Source of the DNA: a virus
Taxonomy: Duplodnaviria > Caudoviricetes
Strand: one strand, 5' to 3'
Virus record (IMG/VR): IMGVR_UViG_3300033183_000145
Span: 1,028 to 65,027 of that record
Length of the DNA: 64,000 nt
Shown: in pieces, positions 10,222 through 20,034 of the stretch
Numbering within the stretch: position 1 is the stretch's first letter
Layout: the number at the start of each line of letters is the position of its first letter
Notes under the pieces: model-generated
The model's input: only the letters and a program-made list of their open reading frames with translations
Databases searched by the model: none
Told to the model about the DNA's origin: nothing
Made by a program: the position numbers and the translations under genes

Positions 10222-10979
10222 TAGTTAGTTTGTGTTTGTCCGTACTGAGACAGCACAGCGTCCCTGAGTCTAACGCCAATCATCTTGCAGATCTCGGCGA
10301 TAACATCACCCTTGAATCTCTCTGGAAGGTCAAAGTCCCTTGAGCCAATAAAGTCTGGAGTATAGAAGCCGTCTCCAGCGACTGAAGACACCTGAAACCT
10401 TGGTGAAGACCCGTAGTCACAGTCACCCTTAACATATGGACCGTTATTAGCTGGTATTCTTGAGGCTGGCTGTCTGTAGTAAGTCATGATGACGCTACCG
10501 ACGTCAGTAGGGAACACCTCGATGCTCTTAGATACGAGCGCCACAGGGAACAGCTCAGTAGGCGCTGATAGGTTGCTAGATACGATGTGAGACATCTGAT
10601 CTGGCCTGTAAACCAGTTCGATAGGCGTTCTCTCATCACCCTCAACTCTCAAAGAAACAAGCTTGTAGAAATCGTCAGGCTTTCTAAACAAGTTAGAGTC
10701 GCCAGTCAGATTTGGGTCGTTAGACCGATCAAGCTTCTGTTCCTTGATGTATTCTGACAGATCGTCCTCAACGCCTCTGTAAACGGACTCTGCTGCCCCT
10801 GGATCGCGCTGTCCCATACGCAGGGCCTTAGCCTGAACCAGTTCACCCAATATGCCTGCAAATACGTTCTGTTGAGCTACGTCAGCGAACGAATTGAATA
10901 CGGCTGGCGTAACGAAACCTTTTTGGTCTTTGTTAGCCAATTCACGCACGGCGTTATATACTTCTATTACGCTGATCAT
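10221..10979 (-). CDS. Head-tail ring/adaptor protein
   Basis: Likely start MISVIEVYNAV at 10979, 4 nt after TATATTTG. Contains LANKDQKGFVTPAVFN and YYRQP. Confidence 0.65.
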   Translation of the reverse strand: MISVIEVYNAVRELANKDQKGFVTPAVFNSFADVAQQNVFAGILGELVQAKALRMGQRDPGAAESVYRGVEDDLSEYIKEQKLDRSNDPNLTGDSNLFRKPDDFYKLVSLRVEGDERTPIELVYRPDQMSHIVSSNLSAPTELFPVALVSKSIEVFPTDVGSVIMTYYRQPASRIPANNGPYVKGDCDYGSSPRFQVSSVAGDGFYTPDFIGSRDFDLPERFKGDVIAEICKMIGVRLRDAVLSQYGQTQTN

Positions 10980-10983
10980 ATCG

Positions 10984-10991
10984 CAAATATA
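10984..10991 (-). promoter_or_regulatory. Bacteroidota sigma-A -7 element (TATATTTG)
   Basis: Exact TAnnTTTG, immediately downstream of a terminator and 4 nt before ATG. Confidence 0.65.
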
Positions 10992-10995
10992 CAAC

Positions 10996-11028
10996 AAAGA
11001 AAAAGGCCCCTTTCGGGGCCTTCTCTTT
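10996..11028 (-). terminator. Intrinsic terminator
   Basis: AAGGCCCC-GAAA-GGGGCCTT hairpin followed by a T-rich tract on the minus strand. Confidence 0.8.
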
Positions 11029-11878
11029 ATGCTAGGCGCTCAAGCCGATCTTCTATATCGGCAAGGACGGAAGATCCTTTCTCAGTGAGACAGAATCTGC
11101 AAAGAACGTCCGTTGGGTCTTGTCCAACAGGTACGCTTACAATCATAGTGTTTGAATCAAACCATCTGCAAGAGTCCTTTTTCAACGCAATGATCTGATA
11201 ATCAGACGCTTGCTTAATAATGGCTCTAGTGCGAACGGTTGGCGAGTCAAAGGATTCGATAAACTCCTTGGGCTTGCTTTTAGCGATACGCAACAAGTTG
11301 TGACGAATCTCCGAGGTAGGGGCGTTGATGTTCACCTTGAAGTACAAGGCAACCGCCAACAAGTCCGTAATATCCTTGTCGCGAACCATAGCAATAGCAT
11401 CCGTAACCAAGAACTCCTGATCGAGCTCCTTCTGAGCGTCAACCTTCTTGTTCACCTCTTTGAACTCAGAGCCACCGTTGGCAACATTGCCTGGGTGCAA
11501 CTGCAAGAACTTCAGCAGGTTAGGCTGGTCTGGGTTGACGAAGATGCGACCGTTACGGAAGATAACGGACTTCTTCATGGCCTTGTCTCCCTGCTCATCA
11601 CTCCAGATGGAATTTTCGTTAGGACAGTACCGCAACTCGCGAACCGAGTTGGTGTCCTTGTCAAACACCGTAACTCCTTGCTGAGGCAACATATAGACGA
11701 TGCCTCCGCCTTTCACCACTTTGTATTCAACAGTTTTCTTTGCAGGTTCCTCTACTCGTCGAATAGGCGGGGCCTTAGGCTTCGACTTAGCTACTGGAGC
11801 TGATTCAACAACAGAGGTCTCTACCTCCTTTGGTTGGGCTTTAGGGCGCCCTGGGGCCCGTCTGGTTTGTTGTGCCAT
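11027..11878 (-). CDS. Conserved capsid-operon protein of unknown function
   Basis: 283 aa with RELRYCPNENSI..DEQ, IFRNG and FLQLHPGN; follows the MCP cluster. Confidence 0.6.
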   Translation of the reverse strand: MAQQTRRAPGRPKAQPKEVETSVVESAPVAKSKPKAPPIRRVEEPAKKTVEYKVVKGGGIVYMLPQQGVTVFDKDTNSVRELRYCPNENSIWSDEQGDKAMKKSVIFRNGRIFVNPDQPNLLKFLQLHPGNVANGGSEFKEVNKKVDAQKELDQEFLVTDAIAMVRDKDITDLLAVALYFKVNINAPTSEIRHNLLRIAKSKPKEFIESFDSPTVRTRAIIKQASDYQIIALKKDSCRWFDSNTMIVSVPVGQDPTDVLCRFCLTEKGSSVLADIEDRLERLA

Positions 11879-11882
11879 TAAA

Positions 11883-13169
11883 TTAAACTTTGTATAGATT
11901 GAATAAATCAGTTGCTAATTTACTACAAGATGTGGAACCGATGTCTTTGGGTATTACGCCGAACCTAGCAATCCTCCCAACAAAGGATCCTGTTGTAATG
12001 TCACCCACGGTTCCGAGCCTTTCTATCTTAAGGTCTCCGTCCGTCAAGAAATCTGTGTTCTTAGAGTAATACTGACTCAGCTCTAGGTATTTTGCGGGGA
12101 TAGCTCCAACTAAGTCTCCATTCTTGTTGTACATGTAGAGGTTTTTATCTACATCTCTTCTAACCACAAATGCCTGAAGCCTTTCTTTTCTCTCTGCGTC
12201 ATTGATGGGGTAGACGAAGTTTACTGAACCGTCGTTTTCATTGGTTACATCAGTGAAAGCTGGTTCCCCAAACCTGTAGTTATGTCTGACAGAGAACCTT
12301 CCAACTGCGGTAGGCTTGGTTTTTGTTATCTGACCGTCGCTGTTTGTTACTGTTTGACCTAGTGTAAATCCCACACACTCTCCATCTCCGTCTCCGTAGA
12401 TAGGATACGCCTGCTTTGAGTGATATGCGACGTACAGTGTATAATCGTTTGTAACTGTAAGCGTGGGAATGACGAAGTGATCAGCAGCCGCAATACTGGC
12501 GGTTCTGTGAGAAACCTCAGAGTCAGACGCATAAACAGTTGGTGCCCCTACATTGGTCCCTATGTCGTAGGTGTTGCCCCCTGTCCCATCGTTGTTCCAC
12601 GAGTTAACCTCGTGACCCACAGTCTTGGTGTCAAGGTCTGTGTGATTGTAGTCTACGATAGGCTTGTTGGCAGCAATACCAAAGTCTATCTCACCGATCA
12701 CGTTTGATGTCACATCAGCTCCAACGGTGCCTGTGCTACCAATGAACGTCTGAGTGCTGACTTCACCTGTAATCCTTTTTATAGGGTTGATGTGAACCTT
12801 AGACTCAATCTTACTGTCGTAAGACACGGGGGAGAATGTAGACTCTTGATCTACAGCGTCGAATCGCATGACAGATCTACCCCCCTCACGAGAGATAAAC
12901 GCTAGGATAGACTCTATGAGGTCTACCTCCTTGCCAATTTCACAAGGAATCTTTACTGAAGTCTTCTCAAGGGACTCACCGTCTGTGAGGTTGCTCTCTT
13001 CGTACTTAGTGGCCCCGTTGAAGGAGAGCACGATGTGGCCTCTGCCCGCGCTTGCAAACGCTAGGCTGTCGGCAGGAAGAGCGAGAACACTAAGGCCTTG
13101 GCCGCTGTCCGATGCAGTGACACTAGAGACGTTGATCTCTTCCTTTCTAAATAAGAAAAACTTTTTCAT
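11883..13169 (-). CDS. Virion protein with probable beta-sandwich (LamG/ConA-like) C-terminal region
   Basis: 428-aa ORF; beta-rich C-terminal half ending FVGRIARFGV. Confidence 0.5.
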   Translation of the reverse strand: MKKFFLFRKEEINVSSVTASDSGQGLSVLALPADSLAFASAGRGHIVLSFNGATKYEESNLTDGESLEKTSVKIPCEIGKEVDLIESILAFISREGGRSVMRFDAVDQESTFSPVSYDSKIESKVHINPIKRITGEVSTQTFIGSTGTVGADVTSNVIGEIDFGIAANKPIVDYNHTDLDTKTVGHEVNSWNNDGTGGNTYDIGTNVGAPTVYASDSEVSHRTASIAAADHFVIPTLTVTNDYTLYVAYHSKQAYPIYGDGDGECVGFTLGQTVTNSDGQITKTKPTAVGRFSVRHNYRFGEPAFTDVTNENDGSVNFVYPINDAERKERLQAFVVRRDVDKNLYMYNKNGDLVGAIPAKYLELSQYYSKNTDFLTDGDLKIERLGTVGDITTGSFVGRIARFGVIPKDIGSTSCSKLATDLFNLYKV

Positions 13170-13175
13170 GAAATT

Positions 13176-13212
13176 AAAATAAAAGGGGGGTAAGGGCCAT
13201 TCCCAGCCCCCC
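13176..13212 (-). terminator. Probable intrinsic terminator
   Basis: GGGGG...CCCCC stem followed by TTTTATTTT on the minus strand. Confidence 0.55.
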
Positions 13213-13226
13213 GATTATCGTGAGTG

Positions 13227-13574
13227 TTACGAAGCAGTGGTTGCTGATTCACCTGAGAGAAGAACCCAAGCAGATCCATTCCACATTGCCAAGCATTGTT
13301 CCCCTTGACTATCGAGGGAAACTACATCAACGTCATCGTTAAGAGCCGTTGTAAACGTAATGTTTGCATCGTTGTCAGAGGAGTTCTTGTTAACTATAAC
13401 CATCATTTGACCTGGAATAGTGCCGTCGGCCACAGTGTACGCAACGTCATCTGACCCAGGGTTTACGATGTTGTAGCTTGTAGTGACGGGCAAAGCTCCT
13501 GCAGCGGCAGTAGTTACAGCGTCAGCATCCAAGAACAACGGAAATACGTGCTTATCTGAAAATTTTCCAGCCAT
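13227..13574 (-). CDS. Small structural protein (capsid decoration-like)
   Basis: Likely start MAGKFSDK; DGTIPGQM...L.WNGSAW; directly after the MCP. Confidence 0.55.
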   Translation of the reverse strand: MAGKFSDKHVFPLFLDADAVTTAAAGALPVTTSYNIVNPGSDDVAYTVADGTIPGQMMVIVNKNSSDNDANITFTTALNDDVDVVSLDSQGEQCLAMWNGSAWVLLSGESATTAS

Positions 13575-13638
13575 GATTAAAGGTATTGTGAAGATCAGAG
13601 CGAGAGCCCGAAGGCTCTCACTCGTCACTTCAGGTTAA

Positions 13639-15084
13639 TTATCCCTTGATGATTACGTGCTGGTTGGCAGCGCGAGTAACCAAGTTGATTTCAGAGCGGT
13701 AGTGGAACGTAGCAACGTCCTTACCCGTGTCACCGTTATTGTTGTGACCCATAACTCCGCCACCAGTTACCCAGTGCTCCAACTCACGGCTGTAACCGTT
13801 AGAAGCCTTGTAGTTCATCTCCAAAGCAGGAGCCTTCGTGCCTGAGCGTGGGTCCGTGACTTGCGTCATTGGAACCATAGCGCCTTGGAACTTGTTTGAA
13901 GCGCCCAACAACGTTGGATCGTTCAAGAGCTTCCAGTCGTGCTTGTGGAAGGTGTAACCACCTCTCGTGAATGACTTAAAGCCGAGCTTGACAGCCAAGT
14001 CAGAGTCGTTGTTAAACGCTCCGAACTGACCAGACAAACCAGCCGTCACCTGCGTAGCGATGCCTGCAGCCAACATGTCGTCGATAGCGAGGTCTTGCTT
14101 TCTGTTCAAGTACATAGCGTACTCAGCAGGAGCGCCTTGCTTGTCCAACTCGATGATGATGTCGTCGAAGTTAGAGAGCGTCAATGGAGCCGTTTCAGCG
14201 CCAGTAACAACCAAACCTCTGTCTTCAACAGCAGTGAAGTAACCTTCAGAACCAGCGACGTCAGCGCCAGTTGATTGACCTCCGTCGTGCAACTCACCGA
14301 AGAGCATCATCATTTCTCTGCGGTCCTCGAAGCGCTTACGAGCCTCTTGCTCACCGTACATGAACCATCTGTAGTCACCGTTGCCGATGTTCACGTAACC
14401 GACGTTAGTCGCTTGTGAACCATTGACTTGGTAGCGATCCTTGATGATCATGAATGGGTTCTTGTAACGCTTCAGCTCAGGCTGCATGAAGTGCTCAGGC
14501 TGATCGGTTCCTTGTGCGTACAAGTTGCCCAAAACGACAAATTCAGTAGCAGTAGAAACAGTATCAGCAGAGCTCAATGCCTCGCCATCCAAACGAGCCA
14601 AAGTGATAGCGTTAACGTCACCGCCAGTTGCGGCTCTGTTGTCGTTCATAACGATGTAACGAACTCCAGTAGAAGTGTTCATAACGACGTCACGAGTCTG
14701 GAAGAACTTAGAGGTTGCAGGGTCGTCACCAGCAGCTGCGGTTTCATCAACTGAAACTTCAAAGTTATCAGTCGCACCAGTAGCGTCACCGCCACCTTCA
14801 ACAGCATCAATGATAAACGTTCTGTGACGACGGCCTTCTTCGAAGAACTCAACTTGGTCAGCGCTTCCAGCGTTCTTGACAGCACCAGTGAGCTTCAGGA
14901 AGCCCGTGATGCCTTGGTCGCCGTAAGACTTGATCAAGAGGTCTCTTACGTCAGGCTTGTTAATGTCGTCTGCGCCCGTCAACAAGTCGTTGAGCGAGGT
15001 GTACTTTTCTGGAGTGAGTCTAAACGCTGGGTTGTATGCGCTGTTTGCTACACCTCCAGTAGGAGTGCTTGGGCTTGTAGCCAT
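13639..15084 (-). CDS. Major capsid protein
   Basis: 481 aa after the scaffold gene. YGDQGITGFL, EEGRRH, GSEGYF.AVEDRG, LGFKSFTRGGYTFHKHDWKLLND are typical of crAss-like/Bacteroidota phage MCPs. Confidence 0.85.
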   Translation of the reverse strand: MATSPSTPTGGVANSAYNPAFRLTPEKYTSLNDLLTGADDINKPDVRDLLIKSYGDQGITGFLKLTGAVKNAGSADQVEFFEEGRRHRTFIIDAVEGGGDATGATDNFEVSVDETAAAGDDPATSKFFQTRDVVMNTSTGVRYIVMNDNRAATGGDVNAITLARLDGEALSSADTVSTATEFVVLGNLYAQGTDQPEHFMQPELKRYKNPFMIIKDRYQVNGSQATNVGYVNIGNGDYRWFMYGEQEARKRFEDRREMMMLFGELHDGGQSTGADVAGSEGYFTAVEDRGLVVTGAETAPLTLSNFDDIIIELDKQGAPAEYAMYLNRKQDLAIDDMLAAGIATQVTAGLSGQFGAFNNDSDLAVKLGFKSFTRGGYTFHKHDWKLLNDPTLLGASNKFQGAMVPMTQVTDPRSGTKAPALEMNYKASNGYSRELEHWVTGGGVMGHNNNGDTGKDVATFHYRSEINLVTRAANQHVIIKG

Positions 15085-15097
15085 AGTTTCTTAGTTT

Positions 15098-16195
15098 TTA
15101 GATGTTAAAAGTCATCCGACCTCCATCTCCCATGATTTGTTTTAGTTGGGATATGACGGGGTCAGCATCTTGATTTGTTTGTCCGACCTGAGGTGTCTGT
15201 GACTGGACATTGGCCGCCTTATCAACAATGCCTCTTTGACCATCGCCCATGCCCTGCCTGTAAGCAGCAGAAACAATTTTGTCGATGTTGTCAATGACGG
15301 CTCTGTGAGAATTGAGCATATCGTAATCCCAGCTACCATCCTCTCGGACGTAAGGATCGAAGTACTCGTCGAGACGAGCGTTTTTATCTACAAGCTGAGC
15401 CTTGTAATCATCATCAAGACCAAACGTAAAGGTTTTGTCGCCACCCAAGTCAAACTCTAGACCCGTCATGGCGTCCACCTCAGTGGCCATGTTTTTAATC
15501 CAAGTCTCGTCAATGATGTTATCTGCTACAGATTCTGAACGCTCAGGAGCCATGTATTCGTTTCTCATCGTCTCGATGTTCGATTTGGCCTTCTTCGCAT
15601 CAATCTTCATCTGAAGCTGCGACATCCGAATCTCGTCCTCTGAATAGAGGTCTGGATCCAACTTGTATTTGCTATTGACGAGCATGTTGATTTCGTCAGA
15701 AGTAAGGTCTGGATACTCCGTAGCGAGGTCTACACGAATAGCAGTAGAATCGTCCATCTCGGACGGATTCAAACGCTGGTATGCGAACCAATCTTCAGGA
15801 GCTCTTCCCGTTTCTTCTACAAAGCGAGAAATCGCTTCAACTCTCTCGTCAAGAGCGGTTTGTTGAGGCTGAGACAAAGCGTCGAAGTCGTTAATCTCTC
15901 TACCGAGCCTCTCGCTCAGGTAAGTGAGGACAGCGTCTTCGATGTCTTCATCAGCATACTCAGGTTGATTTTCTTGTTGTTCAGCCTGAACCTCTTGTTG
16001 TGGCTCAGTTGGAGCTGCGTCTGGGTCTACGTATTGAGACTCCTGAACTGGCTCTGGAGATGACTCCTGAGTCTGTTCTTGCGCGGCCTCCTGGATTGGA
16101 TTTTGAGGCTCTTGTTGAGTCTCACGATCCATGCTTGCTTGCAACTCCTCTGGAGAGGAGGCAATCTCGAAATTGGTGATGTTTGTTTCTTCCAT
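15098..16195 (-). CDS. Putative capsid scaffolding protein
   Basis: 365 aa, very acidic, E/Q-rich N-terminus, directly upstream of the MCP. Confidence 0.7.
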   Translation of the reverse strand: MEETNITNFEIASSPEELQASMDRETQQEPQNPIQEAAQEQTQESSPEPVQESQYVDPDAAPTEPQQEVQAEQQENQPEYADEDIEDAVLTYLSERLGREINDFDALSQPQQTALDERVEAISRFVEETGRAPEDWFAYQRLNPSEMDDSTAIRVDLATEYPDLTSDEINMLVNSKYKLDPDLYSEDEIRMSQLQMKIDAKKAKSNIETMRNEYMAPERSESVADNIIDETWIKNMATEVDAMTGLEFDLGGDKTFTFGLDDDYKAQLVDKNARLDEYFDPYVREDGSWDYDMLNSHRAVIDNIDKIVSAAYRQGMGDGQRGIVDKAANVQSQTPQVGQTNQDADPVISQLKQIMGDGGRMTFNI

Positions 16196-16215
16196 CTTAA
16201 TTGAATTTTGATTTC

Positions 16216-16836
16216 TTATTTAGTTCCTCCTACGTAGGCAATCCCTTTAGCTGTTCCATCAGTGGCAACAGAAAGGAACTTCCCGTAGATAGTCATTCCA
16301 GCCTTGAGAGCCAGCGTAGTGGCTACAGTGCTCTTTACTTCGTAAGCACCAGCGACTATATCAAGGTCGGCTCTTTGCAACTTAAACGTAACGTCCGTGC
16401 TGCCCCCTATCAGATCCTTAGACACCGTAAGGGTATCGCCAGGTCTGTAGTCCTTTCCTATGGTTTTTATTGCGGCTGCCGTCACAGCTCCACCAGCAAT
16501 CGTAATGCCAACCTGACCTCCAGTTCCGTACCCGTCAGTGGTCGGGGTCAAAATAAGGTTTGTTACTGTGTCACCATCTGTCGTGTTTGTCTCGATAGAC
16601 CCGAAGATGCTTGTGTTAAGCGCAGAAAGAGGTGAGATGATATACTTGATATCATCGTATGTAGAGCTATCGGCATCTCCAGCAGCAAAAAGCTTACTCA
16701 TGCCGTACCCCTTGAAGGTGACGTCCCCAGCAACAGTACACACAAACGAGCTGAACAAGCGAGTGCTATCGGTAGCAGTGTCGCTCGCATCCAGCTTGTA
16801 GATGGTTTGTGGGAATTGATCTCTGAGTCCGCTCAT
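16216..16836 (-). CDS. Hypothetical structural protein
   Basis: 206 aa; shares FP..I and GMTIYG.F..V...IAY with the next ORF. Confidence 0.6.
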   Translation of the reverse strand: MSGLRDQFPQTIYKLDASDTATDSTRLFSSFVCTVAGDVTFKGYGMSKLFAAGDADSSTYDDIKYIISPLSALNTSIFGSIETNTTDGDTVTNLILTPTTDGYGTGGQVGITIAGGAVTAAAIKTIGKDYRPGDTLTVSKDLIGGSTDVTFKLQRADLDIVAGAYEVKSTVATTLALKAGMTIYGKFLSVATDGTAKGIAYVGGTK

Positions 16837-17135
16837 TATCTGTAAGCTATGAATTTGCCGTTGGTTCCTGCAGAAACGGTCTTCACGTGAGTAAAGCTTC
16901 CATAGATGGTCATTCCCTCGTCAAGAGGGATGGTCTGATAAGTTCCCGCATCCGCTTCAGAGTATCCAGAGTCATCGACAAAGATGCCACCTCCTTTTAC
17001 TGAGACCTGAGTGGTCCCGCTACCTTTAACCACGCACGTAATAGCGTAGAAAGGATTGTTCTTAGAGATAGCCTCTATGTCGTCAGCATCTATGATGAAT
17101 ATCTCAGACGGGAATGCTGCTGTAGGATGCGCCAT
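16836..17135 (-). CDS. Hypothetical structural protein (paralog of 16216-16836)
   Basis: 99 aa; GMTIYGSF...KFIAY; translationally coupled. Confidence 0.6.
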   Translation of the reverse strand: MAHPTAAFPSEIFIIDADDIEAISKNNPFYAITCVVKGSGTTQVSVKGGGIFVDDSGYSEADAGTYQTIPLDEGMTIYGSFTHVKTVSAGTNGKFIAYR

Positions 17136-17137
17136 GA

Positions 17138-17533
17138 TTATCCGAGTTTAGCTTGTGTGTCGTCAATACCGAAGGCCGCGTATTCGATCATCTGACCAAC
17201 CTGAGTGGCATAAACCTTCAGGTCGATATCTGGCATAGCTGGGATGAAAACAAATTCACCTCCAGCAACCTTAGCGATGTTGGTGCTACCCGTATAGACG
17301 TAGATATAGTTCTCTCTTGTGCCGTCAAGGTTGCAGACATAGACATAGGCTACATCAGTCTTGTCGTTGGCCTTGGCAATAGTAACCGCATCAGCGCCTT
17401 GAGCCGTACCCAGAACCTTAGATCTAATAGCGTGCCCAGAATCGACTGGACCCGTAAAGGATTTGGAAAGGTTAATGGGGTAGGATAGAGCGTCTGCAGT
17501 ACTAAAATTGAATGCAGCTTTTATCCGAGCCAT
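17138..17533 (-). CDS. Small beta-rich structural protein
   Basis: 131 aa; similar to 17533-17928 and 33678-34106. Confidence 0.6.
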   Translation of the reverse strand: MARIKAAFNFSTADALSYPINLSKSFTGPVDSGHAIRSKVLGTAQGADAVTIAKANDKTDVAYVYVCNLDGTRENYIYVYTGSTNIAKVAGGEFVFIPAMPDIDLKVYATQVGQMIEYAAFGIDDTQAKLG

Positions 17534-17928
17534 TACTCTTCGAATGCGAGGAAGTACTCTACTGCAAGTGACGTAGAAACGCTTGGTGTGAGCTTAACGT
17601 CAGACGTTCCGCTCCAAGGAAGAATAGTAAAGTCACCACCGTAAAGGCGGCCAATCTCTTGGGTGCCAATAGTCAGAGTTACGTACTCAGTGACGTTGTT
17701 AGAGTTAACCCTAATATAAAGCTTGTGCGCTTTGTCGTCAGTGTAATCAGCTGCTGAAAACAGAGTGTACTGAGTCGTAGCCTGAGTGATCTTCTTACCG
17801 ACACCAGTCGTTTGATCGAGTCCAGTAGAAACTCCCGCCTTCTTCAGCTGGGTAGTCTTGCTGATCGCTATAACGTCACCAGAGATGTCTGGGCTATTGA
17901 TAGAGATGCTTGTAGTGGTTGTAGCCAT
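17533..17928 (-). CDS. Small beta-rich structural protein
   Basis: 131 aa; TATATTTG promoter at 17957-17964. Confidence 0.6.
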   Translation of the reverse strand: MATTTTSISINSPDISGDVIAISKTTQLKKAGVSTGLDQTTGVGKKITQATTQYTLFSAADYTDDKAHKLYIRVNSNNVTEYVTLTIGTQEIGRLYGGDFTILPWSGTSDVKLTPSVSTSLAVEYFLAFEE

Positions 17929-17968
17929 TTTAAAGAAATGTTGTTGTTGTTTTCCGCAAATATAGTGA

Positions 17969-18217
17969 TTATCTATTTGCCTTCTTTACCCTCCATCTAC
18001 TCACGCGGCCCTTCTCTCTTTTTTCTTTCTTTCCTCTACGCTTTTCATACTCAGTTAGTTCGCTAGCAGTAGTTGGAGTTTCACTTGAAATCCTTTTCGT
18101 GGGACGAAATGACCTATCTCCCTTGGAGTAATCCTTGTCCCCAGACAGCGTTCGCCAATCCTCCTTAAACCAGCGCTTTAGGTTAAGCCCAGCCTTAGTC
18201 TTTCTTACTCTTCCCAT
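17969..18217 (-). CDS. Small basic protein
   Basis: LKRWFKEDW...RPTKRISSETPTTASEL, a motif common in marine phage basic proteins; start moved to MGRVRK. Confidence 0.6.
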   Translation of the reverse strand: MGRVRKTKAGLNLKRWFKEDWRTLSGDKDYSKGDRSFRPTKRISSETPTTASELTEYEKRRGKKEKREKGRVSRWRVKKANR

Positions 18218-18338
18218 TACCCCAGTTTGATACACCAACCTTGCGGCACTTAGCTAAAGCGCCAGAGGCATAGGCAGAAGGCCAAACTTTGTAGCGAGCC
18301 TTCACCTTATGGTAGCATGCGTCTTTTAAAGTCTTCAT
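18195..18338 (-). CDS. Small basic protein (47 aa)
   Basis: Manual translation MKTLKDACYHKVKARYKVWPSAYASGALAKCRKVG..., a family widespread in marine phages; fills the gap between neighbours. Confidence 0.65.
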   Translation of the reverse strand: MKTLKDACYHKVKARYKVWPSAYASGALAKCRKVGVSNWGNGKSKKD

Positions 18339-18339
18339 G

Positions 18340-18639
18340 TTAGCAGCGGCATCTCCACTTACGCAGAGCTTTGTTGATTCTTGAGTTAGGGTCTCTAGCT
18401 GTCTTGGCGCTAGTAAGCCTTTTCTTCATTCCGCACATGCGAGAACAGAAGGACTTTCTTCTACCAGCTCTTTTACCTTTGGGGTTTGATTCCGTGACAG
18501 CAGTCTTAAGCTTGCTTCCAGGGTTGGCTCTGCGGTACGCAGCAACACCCTTAGCCGTGAGCCCACCAGATCTGCTCTTGTGAACCCCCATCTTCATTTT
18601 GGGCATTACGGCCTTGCGCTTCTTCTTGACTTTAGGCAT
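18340..18639 (-). CDS. Small basic protein (DUF6321-like)
   Basis: GGLTAKGVAAYRRANPGSKLK...RRKSFCSRM...DPNSRINKALRKW; TATATTTG at 18644-18651. Confidence 0.65.
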   Translation of the reverse strand: MPKVKKKRKAVMPKMKMGVHKSRSGGLTAKGVAAYRRANPGSKLKTAVTESNPKGKRAGRRKSFCSRMCGMKKRLTSAKTARDPNSRINKALRKWRCRC

Positions 18640-18650
18640 AGTGCAAATAT

Positions 18651-18676
18651 AAAAAAAGAGGCCGAAGCCTCTTTTT
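18651..18676. terminator. Bidirectional-type intrinsic terminator
   Basis: AAAAAAAGAGGC-CGAA-GCCTCTTTTT. Confidence 0.75.
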
Positions 18677-19676
18677 AATCAAGATACCTTAGGTAAAGGG
18701 TTACTTGGTGATTGCTTGTTGGACCGTTTGCTGATGCTGAGGTTATATATGATGTTATTCCCACAGTAACAAAATCACCAGCCGAAAGTGTTGTGTCGTA
18801 ATCAAACTCGTAGGCGCCTATGTAGCTGTCTTGAGCAATGTTGTAGCCAAAATAGTCAGATGAAAATGCCAGAGCTGCATTTGGAAAGGCTGCATCGCCA
18901 CTACTTCCAGGAGTGCTAGTAACACTCCCTATCCATATATTGAACCTTCTTCTTGTTCCAGTGAGTCCGCTTGTAGCAGTTCCATCTACGTCTTTTTTGA
19001 ATGAAAACGTACCTCCTACTATCTTGCAGTTAACAGGAACCATGTGGCCATAATTCTGAGCAAACTGAACACCATTTGTACCCCTCATAAACTCATTAGA
19101 CGCGGCAGTTCCTGGACTGTTTCCAGGCTGTATTGCAGCGTTGAGACCGAAGGTTAGAGTAAAGATCTTACTGCCAACGACGTCCTCAATGGTGGCCGTA
19201 GATAGTCTGTTGCCAGACTTGTCATAGATTAACGCGCTATCTGCGTTGGCTCCAGTACGAACAGGTGTTACCGACTCATACCCACCCTCATAAGCCAGCC
19301 CATCAACAGGGTTAAAGAGCTCACTTGAGGACTTAAACTTAACCTGTTTGGAGTCCTCTCCGAAAACAAAAGTTCTATTGGAGAATGTGGTACAATCTGG
19401 AAGCTGATAATGATACTGTGAGCCATTGTACCCAACGTAAGTTTTGTGGCCCGCTAGGTATAAGCTCGCTACGTTAGCAGCGCTATTGATCTCAATAACT
19501 GGTACTGACGTGTTGGGATCATCTGTAATTAGGTTTGACTCAAACTTCAATGTGGGGTTACTCCCCATCTTGTATTTTCGTACAGAGTCAGCCTGAGCCA
19601 GGTCCCCAGTACCAAGGTTTCCAAAAGATTGTGTTAGATCCTGATCAGTCAGGACTCTCTTCCAGGTTGTTGCCAT
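18675..19676 (-). CDS. Putative tail fibre protein
   Basis: 333 aa; N-terminus MATTWKRVL is similar to 20034-21455; beta-rich. Confidence 0.55.
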   Translation of the reverse strand: MATTWKRVLTDQDLTQSFGNLGTGDLAQADSVRKYKMGSNPTLKFESNLITDDPNTSVPVIEINSAANVASLYLAGHKTYVGYNGSQYHYQLPDCTTFSNRTFVFGEDSKQVKFKSSSELFNPVDGLAYEGGYESVTPVRTGANADSALIYDKSGNRLSTATIEDVVGSKIFTLTFGLNAAIQPGNSPGTAASNEFMRGTNGVQFAQNYGHMVPVNCKIVGGTFSFKKDVDGTATSGLTGTRRRFNIWIGSVTSTPGSSGDAAFPNAALAFSSDYFGYNIAQDSYIGAYEFDYDTTLSAGDFVTVGITSYITSASANGPTSNHQVTLYLRYLD

Positions 19677-19688
19677 AACGTAGAGCTA

Positions 19689-19856
19689 TTAAGCAACAAC
19701 ATCAGCTCCTTTCTTTTCTTCTGCTTTCTGAAGTCTTTCGAATTCCTTGTCAAGTTTCTCCATGAGTACCGTCGCAAACTTTGCGTCAGTCACCTTGATA
19801 TTGACAGACTCAGATGCTTGCTTCAAAAAGTAGACTTCGTTGATATCGAGTTTCAT
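19689..19856 (-). CDS. Small helical hypothetical protein (possible fibre chaperone)
   Basis: Manual ORF MKLDINEVYFLKQA...KKGADVVA, 55 aa. Confidence 0.5.
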   Translation of the reverse strand: MKLDINEVYFLKQASESVNIKVTDAKFATVLMEKLDKEFERLQKAEEKKGADVVA

Positions 19857-19857
19857 T

Positions 19858-20034
19858 TTACTTAGAATTTAATTGATTTGAAAGTTTATTTACGATGCTC
19901 GAAAGCAAATGTACGTCTTTTCCTCTAAAAGTAGACTCACTTATTGCCCACAAAAGATGCTCAAGCTCATCTTTTGTAAGCGTGTCGGTCATTTGCGGTG
20001 CTTGAGGCTCTTTTTTACCGCTAAGAAGTCCCAT
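19858..20034 (-). CDS. Small helical hypothetical protein
   Basis: Manual ORF MGLLSGKKEPQ...LSNQLNSK, 58 aa, TAATG-coupled. Confidence 0.5.
   Translation of the reverse strand: MGLLSGKKEPQAPQMTDTLTKDELEHLLWAISESTFRGKDVHLLSSIVNKLSNQLNSK

Noticed and set aside
19540-19550. Extra TCAAACTTCAA match
   Set aside because: It is antisense within a tail-fibre CDS with no hairpin; likely chance.
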